Assembly (NCBI RefSeq): GCF_009914755.1
Contig: NC_060928.1
Length of the DNA stretch: 64,000 nucleotides
Reading direction: 5' to 3' (one strand)
From: the human T2T-CHM13v2.0 reference genome, Homo sapiens
Shown: positions 1-12,480 of the stretch, in pieces
Layout: each line of letters starts with the position of its first letter
Numbering within the stretch: the first letter of the stretch is position 1
Notes under the pieces: generated by a model
What the model was told of the DNA's origin: nothing
Databases searched by the model: none
Seen by the model: the letters and a program-made list of their open reading frames with translations, nothing else
Position numbers and translations under genes: made by a program

Positions 1-111
1 CATTGCATGTTTTTCAATCTGATTTCATCTCATGTGCATAAATTTCTGATTTCAGGTAATTATCAGAAAGAGCATGAATTTGCACTTAAACTTGCATTTA
101 ACTATATGGGT

Positions 112-230
112 TTCATTTAGTCATTCAATATATAAACATTTTTAGACACCTTACATGTGAAAGATACTATGAAAGTTTCTGAGAAAGTAAACAAAGCAGA
201 CTTCAGTCCCTTTCTCAGAACTCATAAAGC
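112..230 (-). mobile_element. L2 3'-end relic
   Basis: tcatttagtcattcaa...acaccttacatgtg...aaacaaagcagac resembles the reverse strand of the L2 3' end; highly diverged. Confidence 0.4.
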
Positions 231-1477
231 TTGATTGTAAAGTCTAATTTTCAATAAGCAATTATAAGTACTAGATATCAATAAAATAACTTAATTTTAA
301 GTAATTAAAATTTTAAGTAACCTTAATATAAAATTGTTGTAAAGATAGAAAACTTGTAAGTATATGAACATATAAATGTCAGCTGGCACATACCTGCATT
401 CAAGAAATGTGATGATCTTTCCTGACTTTTTTTCTTAGTTTGACATGGATTCTGAAATAATAGAGATACTATGATTGAAATTTTAGCATAATGCATTTAA
501 AGCAATTATGTATACTTAGGAGATGATGGATTTCAGAATTTGTTTCTGGCTAGCAGCTCATCATAAAAATGCATTTGTTCAACTTACTGAGGATGGCAAA
601 TATATTAGACTAAGGAAAGGTTATTATGTTTATGTTTACTACTTATGAAACCCAGCTATAAGAACTCACCTGTGACAAAGGTTGTAGGTCAGGACAAGAT
701 ATGACTTTTAACATGGAAGAGGGAAGCAAGTAGGGCCTAGCACAAATTTTGTGGTCCTTCCCAAAATTTCTTTACATATTTAGGGTATTACTTGAAACAA
801 CTTAAGCACATGACAATAAGCTATCCAAATTTTATATGTATGTCATCACCATTATCACTGTATATAACATGTATGAAATGTTAATTAGTACTGGATTCTA
901 TGCATTTTATAATTCCTTTATGTATTTTCAAAGTAACCACATGTGGTGTATATATAATAATCATAGACAAGGACATTTCTATAATTAGTTCAATTTGTCT
1001 GTTAAGAGGAAAAGACCTATGGATCCTACTGAAGTTTCCTGAGTTTTTCTTTCCTACAATAGTATTAAATAAATGTTATTGTTCTTTAGTTGTCAATGAA
1101 CAAACATAGCCAATCATCCTATGTCCATCCCAGGAGGTATGAACATATAACTTTCATAACCTGTTAATGATATATTTTGCAAACTTGATTGTCACATTTT
1201 AAATATACGTTAGGTTACCTGACTCAAGCCTGCTGTATTGCTTGAAATAATGTACATTAGTCACTACAGGATTAAATGGAGAACAGTATATTACAAGGGG
1301 AAGATTCATTTTCTAACTAACTTCAGTTTGTTTGATTAGCAATTTTCTCTAATCCATTATGAAGGATCAGAAGAAATTTAAGAAAATGTGACTTGGAATA
1401 GGTGAACTGTTGGCAACTAGGTTTGGAAGAAGGTGCTATCAGGAGCAAAAAGTAACCAGTAATAGATGCTTGCACCG

Positions 1478-1846
1478 TGATATGATTTGGCTGTGTCCCC
1501 ACTCAAATCTCATCTTCAGTTTTAGCTCCCATAATTCCCACATGTTGTGGGAGGGACCTGGTGGGAAATAATTGAATCATGGGGGTGGTTTTCCCCCACT
1601 GTTCTCGTGGTAGTGAATAAGTCTCACAAGATCTGATGATTTTATCGGGGATTTCCCCTTTCGCTTTGCTTTCATTCTCTCATCTGCTGCCATGTAAGTC
1701 TTGCGTTTCACCTTCCACCATGATCGTAAGGCCTTCCCAGCCACGTGGAATTGTAAGTGCATTAAACTTCTTATTTTGTTGTTGTTTTAATAAATTACCC
1801 AGCCTCCGGTATGTCTTTATTAGCAGTGTGAAAACGAACTAACACA
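1478..1846 (+). mobile_element. THE1 solo LTR (ERVL-MaLR, THE1B/C-like)
   Basis: Starts tgatatgatttggctgtgtcccc, ends gtgaaaacgaactaacaca; AATAAA present; near-TSD caccg/cacag. Confidence 0.92.
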
Positions 1847-1899
1847 CACAGGATGGTGCTATCATTGAAATAAAGAAAGCCATAAGCAGATTTCATGTA

Positions 1900-2140
1900 G
1901 CAGCAGTACTATATAGCAGTTAAAACTCTAGACTCAAGGGGGAGTACTGCCAGATCTGAATTTTATTTTTTTTTACAAATTATTTCCTTTACACATGTGA
2001 TTTTGAAGAAGGGACTTACTCTCTCTTAGATTTTCTTTTGTATAAAATAAGGATCCTTCTAGTAACTACCTCATTGGTTTAAAATTGAACTTTAAATTGT
2101 AAAGCACTATTTAGATACCTGGCGTTTAACAAGAACTATT
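1900..2140 (+). mobile_element. MIR relic
   Basis: MIR-core-like tgtgattttg...acttactctctc...actacctca...gtaaagcact. Confidence 0.5.
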
Positions 2141-2224
2141 AGCTATTTCTAATACTCGTTATAAACATATTTTAGTTAAATAAGTAGATAAACTGATAAG
2201 TAGAGCTGTAGAGTTTATCTATTT

Positions 2225-2527
2225 GGGTTTTTGCTTGTTTGTTTGTTTTTGAGACAAGGTGTCACTTCTGTCAGGCTGGAGTACAGTAGAGAGATCAGGA
2301 CTCACTGCAGCTTTTACCGCCTGGGCTTAGTTGATCCTCACACCTCAGCTTCTGGAGTAGCTGGGACTGCAGATCCCATCACCATGCTCCACTAATTTTT
2401 TTTTTTTCAGTAGAGATGGGGTTGCCCATGTCACCCAGACTGGTCTCCAATTCCTGGACTAAAGCAATCCACCTGCCTCAGCCTCCCGAAGTGCTGGGAT
2501 TACAGGAATGAGGCACCATGTCTAGCC
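2225..2527 (-). mobile_element. AluJ
   Basis: Diverged dimeric Alu on the minus strand (tcactgcagc, ctcctggactaaagcaatcc); TSD tttatctattt at 2214-2224 and 2530-2540. Confidence 0.9.
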
Positions 2528-3769
2528 TATTTATCTATTTTTTGAGTATTTCTAAAATACCTGCTTTGCAAATTTTCTAAAAATATTTTATAATATTTTC
2601 TAAAAATAATGTTCATTGACTCACTTATTCTCTTTCAAAAATCAAAATCATCATAATATTAATGTTAATTACAGAAATGTAACTTTTTCTCCAACCCTCT
2701 TAATAAGTAGTGTTATGTGTGTTGTGGTTAAGTTGTTTCCAGGGCCTACCATATAGACTACAAGTATGTATAACTGGTTTGATTATAAATTTAAAGAGAC
2801 AATTGGCCTTTCTTGATTATCATCTATATGCCAAGTTCTAAGCTAGACTCCACACATGGATGATACCTTCCCTAAAACAAAAGTATTGTCAGTGACTGAT
2901 AATCCCAGTTAATTATACGTGGCTGTGCACAGTTAGAACTATTTCATAAATGGAATAATTGATGCTTTAATAACTTATCTGCAAATAATATAATTAAAGA
3001 AATATTTCATGGGAAAGCTAATACAAAAAAACTGAAAGGTTCAAAAGTGTTGTAATATAAACTTTCTTAAAAACATATTGATGTTTTAACTTGTCAGTGT
3101 GTATGCAAATCCTGAGTTCAGACTTCAAGAGTTGATGACTTGTGATATATATCCCCAGGAGATTTTAAATACTTTTATTTTATGCATTATAGAATTGTAG
3201 TGCAACGGTAATAGTTTAAAATTCTGTGTCTTTCTTCAACTTCTGGAATTTTTAAGTGTAAAAAATGTGATTAATTCGGCAGATGTCTGCATTGGGAATG
3301 TCCATCATAACTCTTAAAGAGCTATATTTCATTTATCTGAAAAAATGTACCTCCTTAGAAGTATTCTGCAAATCTGTGGCTGGATGAATGATGGCTCACT
3401 GGGGAATACAATAGATACAACTTGTTACATTTTTAAGTAAGGAAATACCTGAAATTCCTAGTAAGTAAATATCTTGAGTTTCCTCTAAGTGGAAGAAATT
3501 TAATATATCTATTAACTACGTTAATAGAATATAATTGTTTAAATGGGGAAATATCTGAAATTATATTAAACTACTTATTGAATAATACATAAATTGTTAC
3601 TGTGATATCTGCTGATATCACATAATAACTGGGGTTAGGTTTTTATACTTATGGACACAATTGAAAACACTACCTTTCACAAAACTATATATGCAGTAAT
3701 AATAATGACACACTTAAAAACAATAGCCTGTTTAAAACATGTTGTCTTTCTTGTTATTAATTTTTAAAA

Positions 3770-3898
3770 ATGCTATCTTCATCTATTAAAAGAAGTTTTC
3801 AGAAACCTGGATATAAATGAATAGGTTTTTCAAACATGCTATCTTCATCTATTAAAAGAATTTTTCAGGAACCTGGATACAAATGAATAGGTTTTTCA
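3770..3898. repeat. 66-bp tandem duplication in unique DNA
   Basis: atgctatcttcatctattaaaagaa...gaataggtttttca at 3770 and 3836, with about 3 substitutions. Confidence 0.95.
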
Positions 3899-4332
3899 GC
3901 GCTATAAACTCTCAGGTGTCTGAATTAATTTTGTTATTTCTGTAAATGTTGCACAGCTGATGGAAATGTTTACAGAAAGTTTTACATTACACAAACTAAA
4001 ACACACAAATCAGCAGAAAAAGTGGAAAAAATATAAATAGTGCTTAATAGTATGTTCAGAATTTTTATAGATACGTACTGTTATTCGTCATACTATTCGT
4101 GCCTGCTATACTCAGATTCTGAAAAATGTCTTATCATAAACATATCTAGTAGGTGATACTATTTTTTCTCAGGCCAGTAATTCTGATTTTCAACTATTAA
4201 AATGCACCTCGTGCCTTGGTTTAAATTTTTCTGTTCAAAAAATTCTCATTTATACACTAATTAGGATAGCAATAAACTAGAATGTCTGTGATGTTTAAAT
4301 TACTCCATGGCTACAGTGAAAATGCAAAAAAA

Positions 4333-4640
4333 GACCTGGTGCGGTGGCTCACGCCTGTAATCCCAGCACTTTGGGAGCTCAGGCAGGCAGATCCTGAGGT
4401 CAGGAGATCAAGACCATCCTGGCTAACACGGTGAAATCTCGTCTCTACTAAAAATACAAAAAATTAGCCGGGTGTGGTGGCACGCACCTATAGTCCCAGC
4501 TACTCGGGAGGCTGAGACAAGAGAATCACCTGAACCCGGAACCCATGAGGCAGAGATTGCAGTAAGCCGAGATCATGCCACTGCACTCCAGCCTGGGTGA
4601 CAGAATGAGACTCCGTCTCAAAAATAAAAAGAAAAAAAAA
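4333..4640 (+). mobile_element. Alu (AluSc8/AluY-like)
   Basis: Full dimer with gagatcaagaccatcctggctaacacgg diagnostic segment and A-rich tail; small internal aaccc duplication. Confidence 0.93.
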
Positions 4641-4786
4641 TACAAGGAAAGAGGGGTTGATTCAGTTTACCAGCAACTATCAACTGAGGTAGCACACTTT
4701 ATCACAGCCTGATTATGTTCCCAGGCCTACCTCTAGACAAATTTATGAAGTTTGGAATTTGTCTTTATTAATTCAATAATTTTGTA

Positions 4787-4830
4787 TTTACTGCTACTAC
4801 CAGCACTACTACTGCTATTACTATTACTGT
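4787..4830. repeat. Degenerate (CTA/CTG)n trinucleotide tract
   Basis: ctgctactaccagcactactactgctattactattactg. Confidence 0.7.
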
Positions 4831-6699
4831 CTATCATAATTGGCTGCTATGATTCCCCAGGCAAGTGGGTAACTCTGCATGTGCACCTATTCATGTATCT
4901 CTTAACAAAGGCACTATTCTTTCATCTTGACCTAAAAGATTTAAAATATCACTGAGACTATCTTTATCTTAAAGATGTTTGTAAATACATGCCTGACTTA
5001 ACAATAACTCATGAAACTATGGACAGTGGGAAGTGTATCTTTGTGCTAACAAAAAGGGTGAATTGTGAAGGAGATCTCAAGACAACTGTAGATCTTATGC
5101 TATATCATTTTTCCAGGGACAGAGGCAATCCTTTTCCTGGAGGAGCCCCCAAACAATATGAAGTAGATCACTCAGAAAGTTTTTCCTCTCCTTTTCTTTT
5201 TGACTTTAGTAAAAACGGGCAAATTTTTAAGTTATATTTTGAAATACTATTGTAAAATGAAACTACTATGATTTTGGAATATTCTCATTAGTCACAGCCT
5301 ATGTGACTACCACCCATATTCATGTTCCATAAATTCATACCTTTCAAATTTATTTTCCATAAATAATCTAGACAGATCATTGTAATACTTGACAAGAACA
5401 TTTTAGAGATATGGCCACCCCTTCTTGTAAATACTGTTACCATATGTGTCAGGATGCCTGATTAAAGTGATTCATTTTCCAAATTTCCTTGGCTGGGAGA
5501 GAACATACATAGGCCTCACCTTTAACCTTTCTTCCTCTGTGTACCAAACATGAGTAGATACTGAAGGGATAAAGAATAACCTCACCCTGGTCTATTTTGT
5601 AGAAACTGGAGTACCAAAGACATTGCTTTGAGCTTCCTGAGCCTTTAACTTATACTAAATAATGGAGAGTCAAAAATAGGGGGATAGATACTGAGATGGA
5701 GTCATTTTTTACCTAGAGGTTAAATGTCATGATTACTAGTGGTGTAGTTTGAAAGAAGATAAGCTCTCAAAAAGGATGCACAATTTAAGTTAAAAGGGCC
5801 AAATTATGAATAGGGATTCCTGTGGAAAATTTAACTTCTTAGGTATTTTTTTCTTGGATTGTGTGGAAATTTTGGTATATTATATTTTAAAAATACAGCT
5901 AGGAAGGATGTAGGGCAAGATGGCTGAAAACAAGCCTCCTTCAATCATCCCCTTTACAGGAATACCACATTGAACAACTCTGCACACACAAAAAATCACC
6001 TTCATTAGAACCAAAATTAGCTTGGGCAACAGGTTGGCCATAGTAGGGTAAAGCATCATGGGGATGCTGGGGTCCTCGATCCCAGGCCTTGATTCTTGGA
6101 TAGCATTTCTGGACCTGCCCTTGGCCAGACAGAAGTCAACTGCCATGAAAGGAAAGAATCGGGACTGTCGGCATTTACCATAGGCTGAATGAAGAGTCTT
6201 TGGACCTCAGTAAACATTAGAGGTAGCCAGGCAGTACATGCCATGAGACTGGTGTGGTGGTGGCCACAGGGATAGACTTCTCTGCTTAAGGAGAGGAAAG
6301 ATTAGGAAGGACTTAGTCTGGTGGCTTGGGTGTCAGCTCAGCCACAGTAGAAAAGAGCAGCAGGTAGATTCCTAAGTTTCCAAATTTCAGGTTATGGCTC
6401 CTGGACGGCATCTCTGAACTCACCCGGGGCCTGGAAAAACTCACTGCCTGGAAGGGAAGAACCAAATCCTGGCTAGATTTGCCACTCGCTGATTGTAGAG
6501 CCCTAAGTCCTTGAGTGAACATAGGCGGTAGCCCAGAAGTGGTCACCATGGACCTTCAGTGAGACCTAGAGTGGTCACTGGGGGCCTTTGGTGAGACCCA
6601 GTATAGTGCTTGTATAGGGTCTCACCCAGCACAGTCCATGTGGTGGTGGCTACAGGGGTACCTGTATCACCACTCCCCCAAATCCAGGCAGCTCAACAA

Positions 6700-6722
6700 A
6701 GAGAGAAAGAGAGAGAGAGAGT

Positions 6723-6766
<44 letters not shown>
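6700..6766. repeat. (GA)n/(GATA)n microsatellite in the L1 5'UTR
   Basis: gagagaaagagagagagagagttagatagatagagagagag... Confidence 0.95.
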
Positions 6767-6768
<2 letters not shown>

Positions 6769-8000
6769 CCATTTGTTTGGGAGAAATTAAGGGAAGAGAA
6801 GAGTCTCTGCCTGGTAAACCAGGGAATTTTCTGGATATTACCAAGACAACAAAGGCCTTTGGAGTAGAAAAACTTCAAATAAATAACCTAATGATGCCTC
6901 TTAAAGAATTAAAAAACCAAGAGCAAACCAAGCTCTTGGTTTAGTGTAAGAAAAATTGGTACAAGAAAATAAATTATAAAGATCAGCACAGAAATAAATG
7001 AAATTGAAAGGAAGAAAACAAAACAAACATCAATGAAAAAATAGTTGTTTTGTTTAAGAAATAAACAAAATGAACAAGCTGTTACCTGGACTAAGAAAAA
7101 TAGAAGACCCACGTAAATAAAATCAGAGATGAAAAAGGTGACATTACAATCAATACAGCAGAAATTCAAAGGATCATTACAGGCTGCTATTACCTAATAT
7201 GTGCCAAATAATTGGAAAACATAGAAGAAATCAATAAACTCACAGACACATAAAACCTATCAAGATTAAATTATGAAGAAATTGAAAATCTTCACAGAAA
7301 AATAACACATAGCAAGATTAAAGTCATAATAGAAAGTCTCCCAGCAGAGAAAAGCCCAAGACTCAATGCTTTACTGCTAAATTTTATCAAATATTTAAAG
7401 AAGAACTAATGCCAATCCTACCTAAATCATTCAAAAAAAAGTAGAGAAGGAGGGAATACTTCCAAACCTATTCTGTGAGGCCAGTATTAACCTGAAAACA
7501 AAGCCAGGCTAAGAGCAATCAAGAAACAAACTAACCAAAACAAACAAACAAAGCCTAAAGGCCCATATTTCTGATGAGCATTGATGCAAAAATTGTCAAC
7601 AAAATATTAGCAAACCAAATTCAAAATACATTTAAAAATCATTTACTGTGACCAGGTGGGATTTATCTCAGGGATGCAGGGATGGTTCAACATATGCTAA
7701 TCAGTGAATATTATACATCCTATCAACAGAATGAAGGACAAAACCATATGATAATTGATGCTGAAAAAAGTATTTCAAAACATTCAACATCCTTTCATGA
7801 TAAAATCCATGGATAAACTGGTATGGAAGGAACATACCTCAACACAATAAAAGAAATATATGACAGACACACAGCTAGTATCACACTGAATGGTGAAAAA
7901 CTGAAAGCCTTACCTCTAAGATCAGGAACAAGAAAAGGAAGCCCACTGTCACCACTGTTATCCAACATATTATTGGAAATCCTATATAGAGCAACTAGAT

Positions 8001-8001
8001 A

Positions 8002-8065
<64 letters not shown>

Positions 8066-8097
8066 GAAAGAAAGAAAGAGAAAGAAAGAAAGAAGGA

Positions 8098-8157
<60 letters not shown>

Positions 8158-8184
8158 AAAGAAAGAAAAGAAAGAAAAAAGAAA
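8001..8184. repeat. (GAAA)n tetranucleotide expansion inside L1 ORF2
   Basis: About 180 bp of near-pure aaag units with a few ag/aagg interruptions. Confidence 0.98.
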
Positions 8185-8604
8185 GGACATCCAAATCGGA
8201 AAAGAAAGAAGTCAAATTATCCTTGTTTGCAGATGGTATGATCTTATATTTGGTGAAACCTAAAACTTCACCAAAAAACATTTGAACTGTTAAATAAATT
8301 CAGTGGTTTCAGAACAAAAAATCAATATATACAAATTAGTAGCATTTCTATATGCCAACAGCAAACAATCTGAAAAAAAGCAATAAAATAAATACCTGGA
8401 AGTAAACTTAATCAAATAAGTGAAAGATCTCTACAATGAATGCTATTCATTGTAGATGAATGATGCTAGATATTAGAGGAAACAAAAATATGAAAAACTA
8501 TTTCATGTTCATGGATTGGGAGAATCAATATTGTTAAATGTCCATACTACCAAAAGCAATGTATAGATTCAGTGCAATCTCTATCAAAAAACCAATGACA
8601 TATG

Positions 8605-8857
8605 GCTTTGGGAGGCCGAGGCAGGCAAATCATGAGGTCAGGAGTTTGAGACCAGGGTGGCCCACATGGTGAAACACCATCTATACTACAAAAATTAGCT
8701 GGACGTGGTGGCGCACACCTGTAATCCCAGCTACTCAAGAACCTGAGGCAGGAGAATCACTTGAACCCGGGAAGCAGAGGTTGCAGTTAGCTGAGATCGC
8801 GTCACTGAACTCCTGCCTGGGTGACAGTGCGAGACTCCATCTCAAAAAGAAAAAAAA
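8605..8857 (+). mobile_element. AluS (Sg-like) missing its 5' ~35 bp
   Basis: Begins at ctttgggaggccgagg directly after L1 ORF2; atcatgaggtcaggagtttgag; A tail. Confidence 0.9.
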
Positions 8858-9747
8858 TCATTAATTTGTTTTTATTTTATTTTGATAATTACTTTCTTTT
8901 ATTTGCATTGTACTTTCTATTATACTTATATAAAATTTGTATTTTATAGGTATTGGATCATATGGATATGCCCTCTGCTTTTCTTCATTGTATTTATTCT
9001 GCTTTTCTTCTTTTTATCTGTACAGGGGAATTTATCTGCTATGGATCTAACATACATATTCAACTCCCAGCTGTATCAAATCTTGAAGTCACTGTATTAT
9101 TTTATTTGATAATATTGTTTTGTGTATTTAATTGATTTCTCAATGGACTCATTACTTGAACAATACTGTCTTCTACGTTGTCACAGATGCCCTCATTAGT
9201 CTCTTGTGGCAGTAACAGCCCAAATTACTACAGCCTGCTGTCCCTTGCCACGTTAGTCTCAGTTTGCTGCTATCACTATTATTTTCTATATTAGCATTAA
9301 CATGCTTCTTACAATTGAGTGTTTTCAATATTTTCCCTGAAGAAACTCTCATGTTATTCACATTGCCTTTGGATCAGATTTATAGTTTTAGGACATCTTG
9401 CAGTTTTCGTGAAAAACGTCTATAGTTTCTTCTTAAGAGTGTCTTTTCTTCGTAAACGTCAAATGGTATATATTAGTCTTCACTTGTAACCATATTGGTT
9501 ACAAATTGCTCATATTTAATGGAATCATTCAAATCTGAATGCTTAAAACTTGCTCTCACTGGATTAGCAGGATACGTTTTTAAGATGCTACTGTCCCATC
9601 GTTCACTCTAAGAATCTTCATGTGGTATCTGCATGGGATAGGGACTTCTCAAATATCCTCATGGTAACTTCAGCCCAAATCTGGAGACCACTCTTCTTAC
9701 AGCCCTTTCTAGAATCTTGGTGTTTCTGTTAATCACAGGTTGCCAAC

Positions 9748-10420
9748 TGATAGGGTTTGGATCTGTGTCCCCACCCAAATCTCATGTCAGATTGTAATCC
9801 CTAATGTTGGAGGTGGGGCCTGATGGGAGGTGATTGGATAACGGGGATGGATTCTAATCATTTAGCACCAACCCCCTAGTGCTGTTCTCATGATAGAGTT
9901 CTCATGAGTTCTGGCTGTTTAAAAGTGTGTAGCACCTCCCCAGTCTCTCTCCTCCTCCTGTCCTGGACATCTAAGATGCCTTCTTTGGCTTTGCCTTCTC
10001 CCATGAGTTAAAGCTCCATGAGGCCTCTGTAGCCATATGCATTAGTCCATTTTCATGCTGCTGATAAAGACATACCCAAGACTGGACATTTTACAAAAGA
10101 AACAGCTTTATTGGACTTGGATGCCTCACAGTCATGGCAGAAGGCAAGGAGGAGCAAGTCACATCATAACGTAGATGGCAGCAGGCAAAGAGAGAGAGCT
10201 TGTGCAAAGAAATTCGTTTTTAAAACCATCAGATCTTTTGAGACCCATTCACAATAACAAGAACAGCACAGGAAAGACTCGCACCCATAATTCAATAACC
10301 TCCCAGCGGGTCCTTCCTATGACATGTAGGAATTGTGGGAGTTACAATTCAAGATGAGATTTGGGTGGGGATACAGCCAAACCATATCACCATACTCCCT
10401 GTGCAACCCGTGGAACCATC
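9748..10420 (+). mobile_element. MST (MSTA-like) LTR interrupted by a THE1 LTR
   Basis: Starts tgatagggtttggatctgtgtccccacccaaatctcatg; resumes after 10394 as ctccctgtgcaacccgtggaaccat. Confidence 0.85.
10038..10389 (-). mobile_element. THE1 (THE1C-like) solo LTR
   Basis: tgcattagtccattttcatgctgctgataaagac...cagccaaaccatatca; perfect 5-bp TSD ccata at 10033-10037 and 10390-10394. Confidence 0.92.
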
Positions 10421-10661
10421 AGACAACACCAGCACTTTAGACATGTATATATGTCTTATTCAGGAATTCTGAGCCTCATCCAAATTTAGGGAAACAGTTG
10501 AAAAAAGGTTTGTCCAATTTTTCTATGACAGTTGAAATGAGCAACTTTAAAAGGAGATATCATACAAGAAAAAAAATTAAAAGACATCCAAATTAGAGAG
10601 AAGGAAGTGAAATTGTCTGTGTCAAGAAAGGAGATGATCTTACATGTAGAAAACCCTAAAG

Positions 10662-10662
<1 letters not shown>

Positions 10663-10697
<35 letters not shown>
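10663..10697. repeat. (CA)n microsatellite
   Basis: About 17 pure CA units within L1. Confidence 0.98.
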
Positions 10698-10701
<4 letters not shown>

Positions 10702-10950
10702 CTAATAATTAGACTCAGTAAAGTGGCAGGATACAAAATCAATGTCCAAAAATTAGTTTCCTTTCTGTATAAACAATGGACAACCCAGGAAATTTCACAA
10801 AATTCATTTACAAGAGCAACAAAAAAAGAATTTGGGAATAAATATAACCAATATAGCAAATGATTTGAACACTGAAAACTACAAAACATTGTTGCAAAAA
10901 TTAAAGACATAAATGAATGGAATGGCACCCTCTGTTTATTAAATGTGTAG

Positions 10951-11337
10951 TGTGACAGGTCCTCCACCTAACTAGTCAACGGTGTATGTCCACTGCCTGA
11001 ACCTTGTAAGAAGGGCAGTGAACAAAGGCCATGGGCTCAGCAGGGTAGCAGGTGTTCCTGAGAACTTGAACACCTCCACAAGTATCTGACAACCTATGAA
11101 GAAAATCAAAGAGCCAGCCAATTAGCTTAGAAGTAGTTTAGAGAAAAGGGCAACATGGATCTCTAAAGCTACTTTACTAACATGCAGGGGTGCCTCATAT
11201 GTACTTCCTAATAAACACATCTACTCACCAAGCTGGACTTGTCCAAGTTACTCTTTGGTTTCTAGGCTTCCTGACAGTTTGGGGGAAAGATTTTTGTTCA
11301 TTTGTTTGCTTCTACATTTCCAGGTTGTTCTCATTAC
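10951..11337 (+). mobile_element. Solo LTR (LTR47-like, ERVL) inserted in L1MB
   Basis: TG start (tgtgacaggtcctcc), ggtgtatgtccactgcctgaacc motif, aataaac polyA signal; L1 sequence resumes afterwards. Confidence 0.6.
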
Positions 11338-12480
11338 TATTTGAATACTTTGTATTGTTAAGATGTCAAAATTACCCAAACCAATCTGTAGATTCAAAGA
11401 AATCTCTGTCAAAATCTTAATGACAATTTGACAGATGCAGGAAAACTCATGCTAAAATTTATATAGAACCTCAAGGGACCCTGAATAGATGAAATAATCT
11501 TGAAAATAAATAACTAAGTTGGAGGATTCACAATTACTGATTTCAAAATTTACTAAAAATCTACAGTAATCAAACCAGTGTGGTACTAGCATAAAGATAT
11601 ACATATGGAAATATAGAATAGAATAGAATACCCAGGAATAAATCTTTATTCGTATGTAAAATAATTTTTGCCAAGGATACTAAGACATCTGAAAGGAAAA
11701 GACCAGTCTTTTTAATGAACGGGGCTGGGAAAACTGGGTATTGAAATGTAAAACTAATAAAGTTGGACCCTTACCTTACACTTTATACAAAAATTAACTA
11801 AAAATGAATCAAAGATCTAAACATAAGAGCTAAAATTATAAAACTGTTAGAAGAAAGCATAAGAAAAAGCTTCATAACATTGGACTTGTCAATGATTTCT
11901 TTGATATGACACCAAAAGCACAGGTAACGAAAGTAAAATAAATTGTACTACATTAAAATGTAAAACTTTTGTGCATGAAAAGACACTATCAACAGAAGGA
12001 AAAAGCAACCTGTAGAATGGGAGAAAATATTTATAAATCATGTATGTGAGAATGTATAAAGAATTTATCAAACTTGATGGCAACAACAAACCCCTCAAAA
12101 AACCTGACTAAATATGGGGAAATGTTTGAATTGAAATTTTTACCAAAAGGAAACATAAATAGCCAATAAGCTCATGAAACAATGTCCAACATCACAAAAC
12201 ATTGAGGAAAAGCAAATCAAACCATAATGAGATACCAGTTTACACTCATTAGGATGGCTATAATTAAAAGACCAATAACAAGTACTAGTGAGAATGTGGA
12301 AAAATTGGAACACTTGTGCACTGTTGGTGAAAATACAAAATGGTAAAGTTGTAGTGGGTAACAGTATGACTGTTTCTCAAAAGAATTATACTTAGAATTA
12401 TCATATGATCTAGCTATTCCCCTTCTGAATATATGCCCAAACATATTGAAAGCAGGGACTTAAACAGATAATTCTAAATC

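Larger units (their letters stand above)
5902..8602 (+). mobile_element. Old L1 (L1MA/L1M1-type): 5'UTR joined directly to mid-ORF2, 3' end missing
   Basis: 5' end ggcaagatggctgaa; GC-richer UTR to ~6855; then ORF2-like sequence (aacttcaaataaataacctaatg..., cagggatgcagggatggttcaacata, tttgcagatggtatgatc corresponding to the FADD region); many stops. Confidence 0.85.

Noticed and set aside
3601-3622. 9-bp-arm hairpin tgtgatatc/gatatcaca (similar one at 26471-26489)
   Set aside because: A few such hairpins are expected by chance in 64 kb of AT-rich DNA
4752-4955. Signal-peptide-like poly-Leu ORF
   Set aside because: Produced by a CTA/CTG tract; TTG start; no splice or promoter support
7795-8281. 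Phe/Leu/Ser-rich membrane-like ORFs
   Set aside because: Reading frames through the (TTTC)n microsatellite
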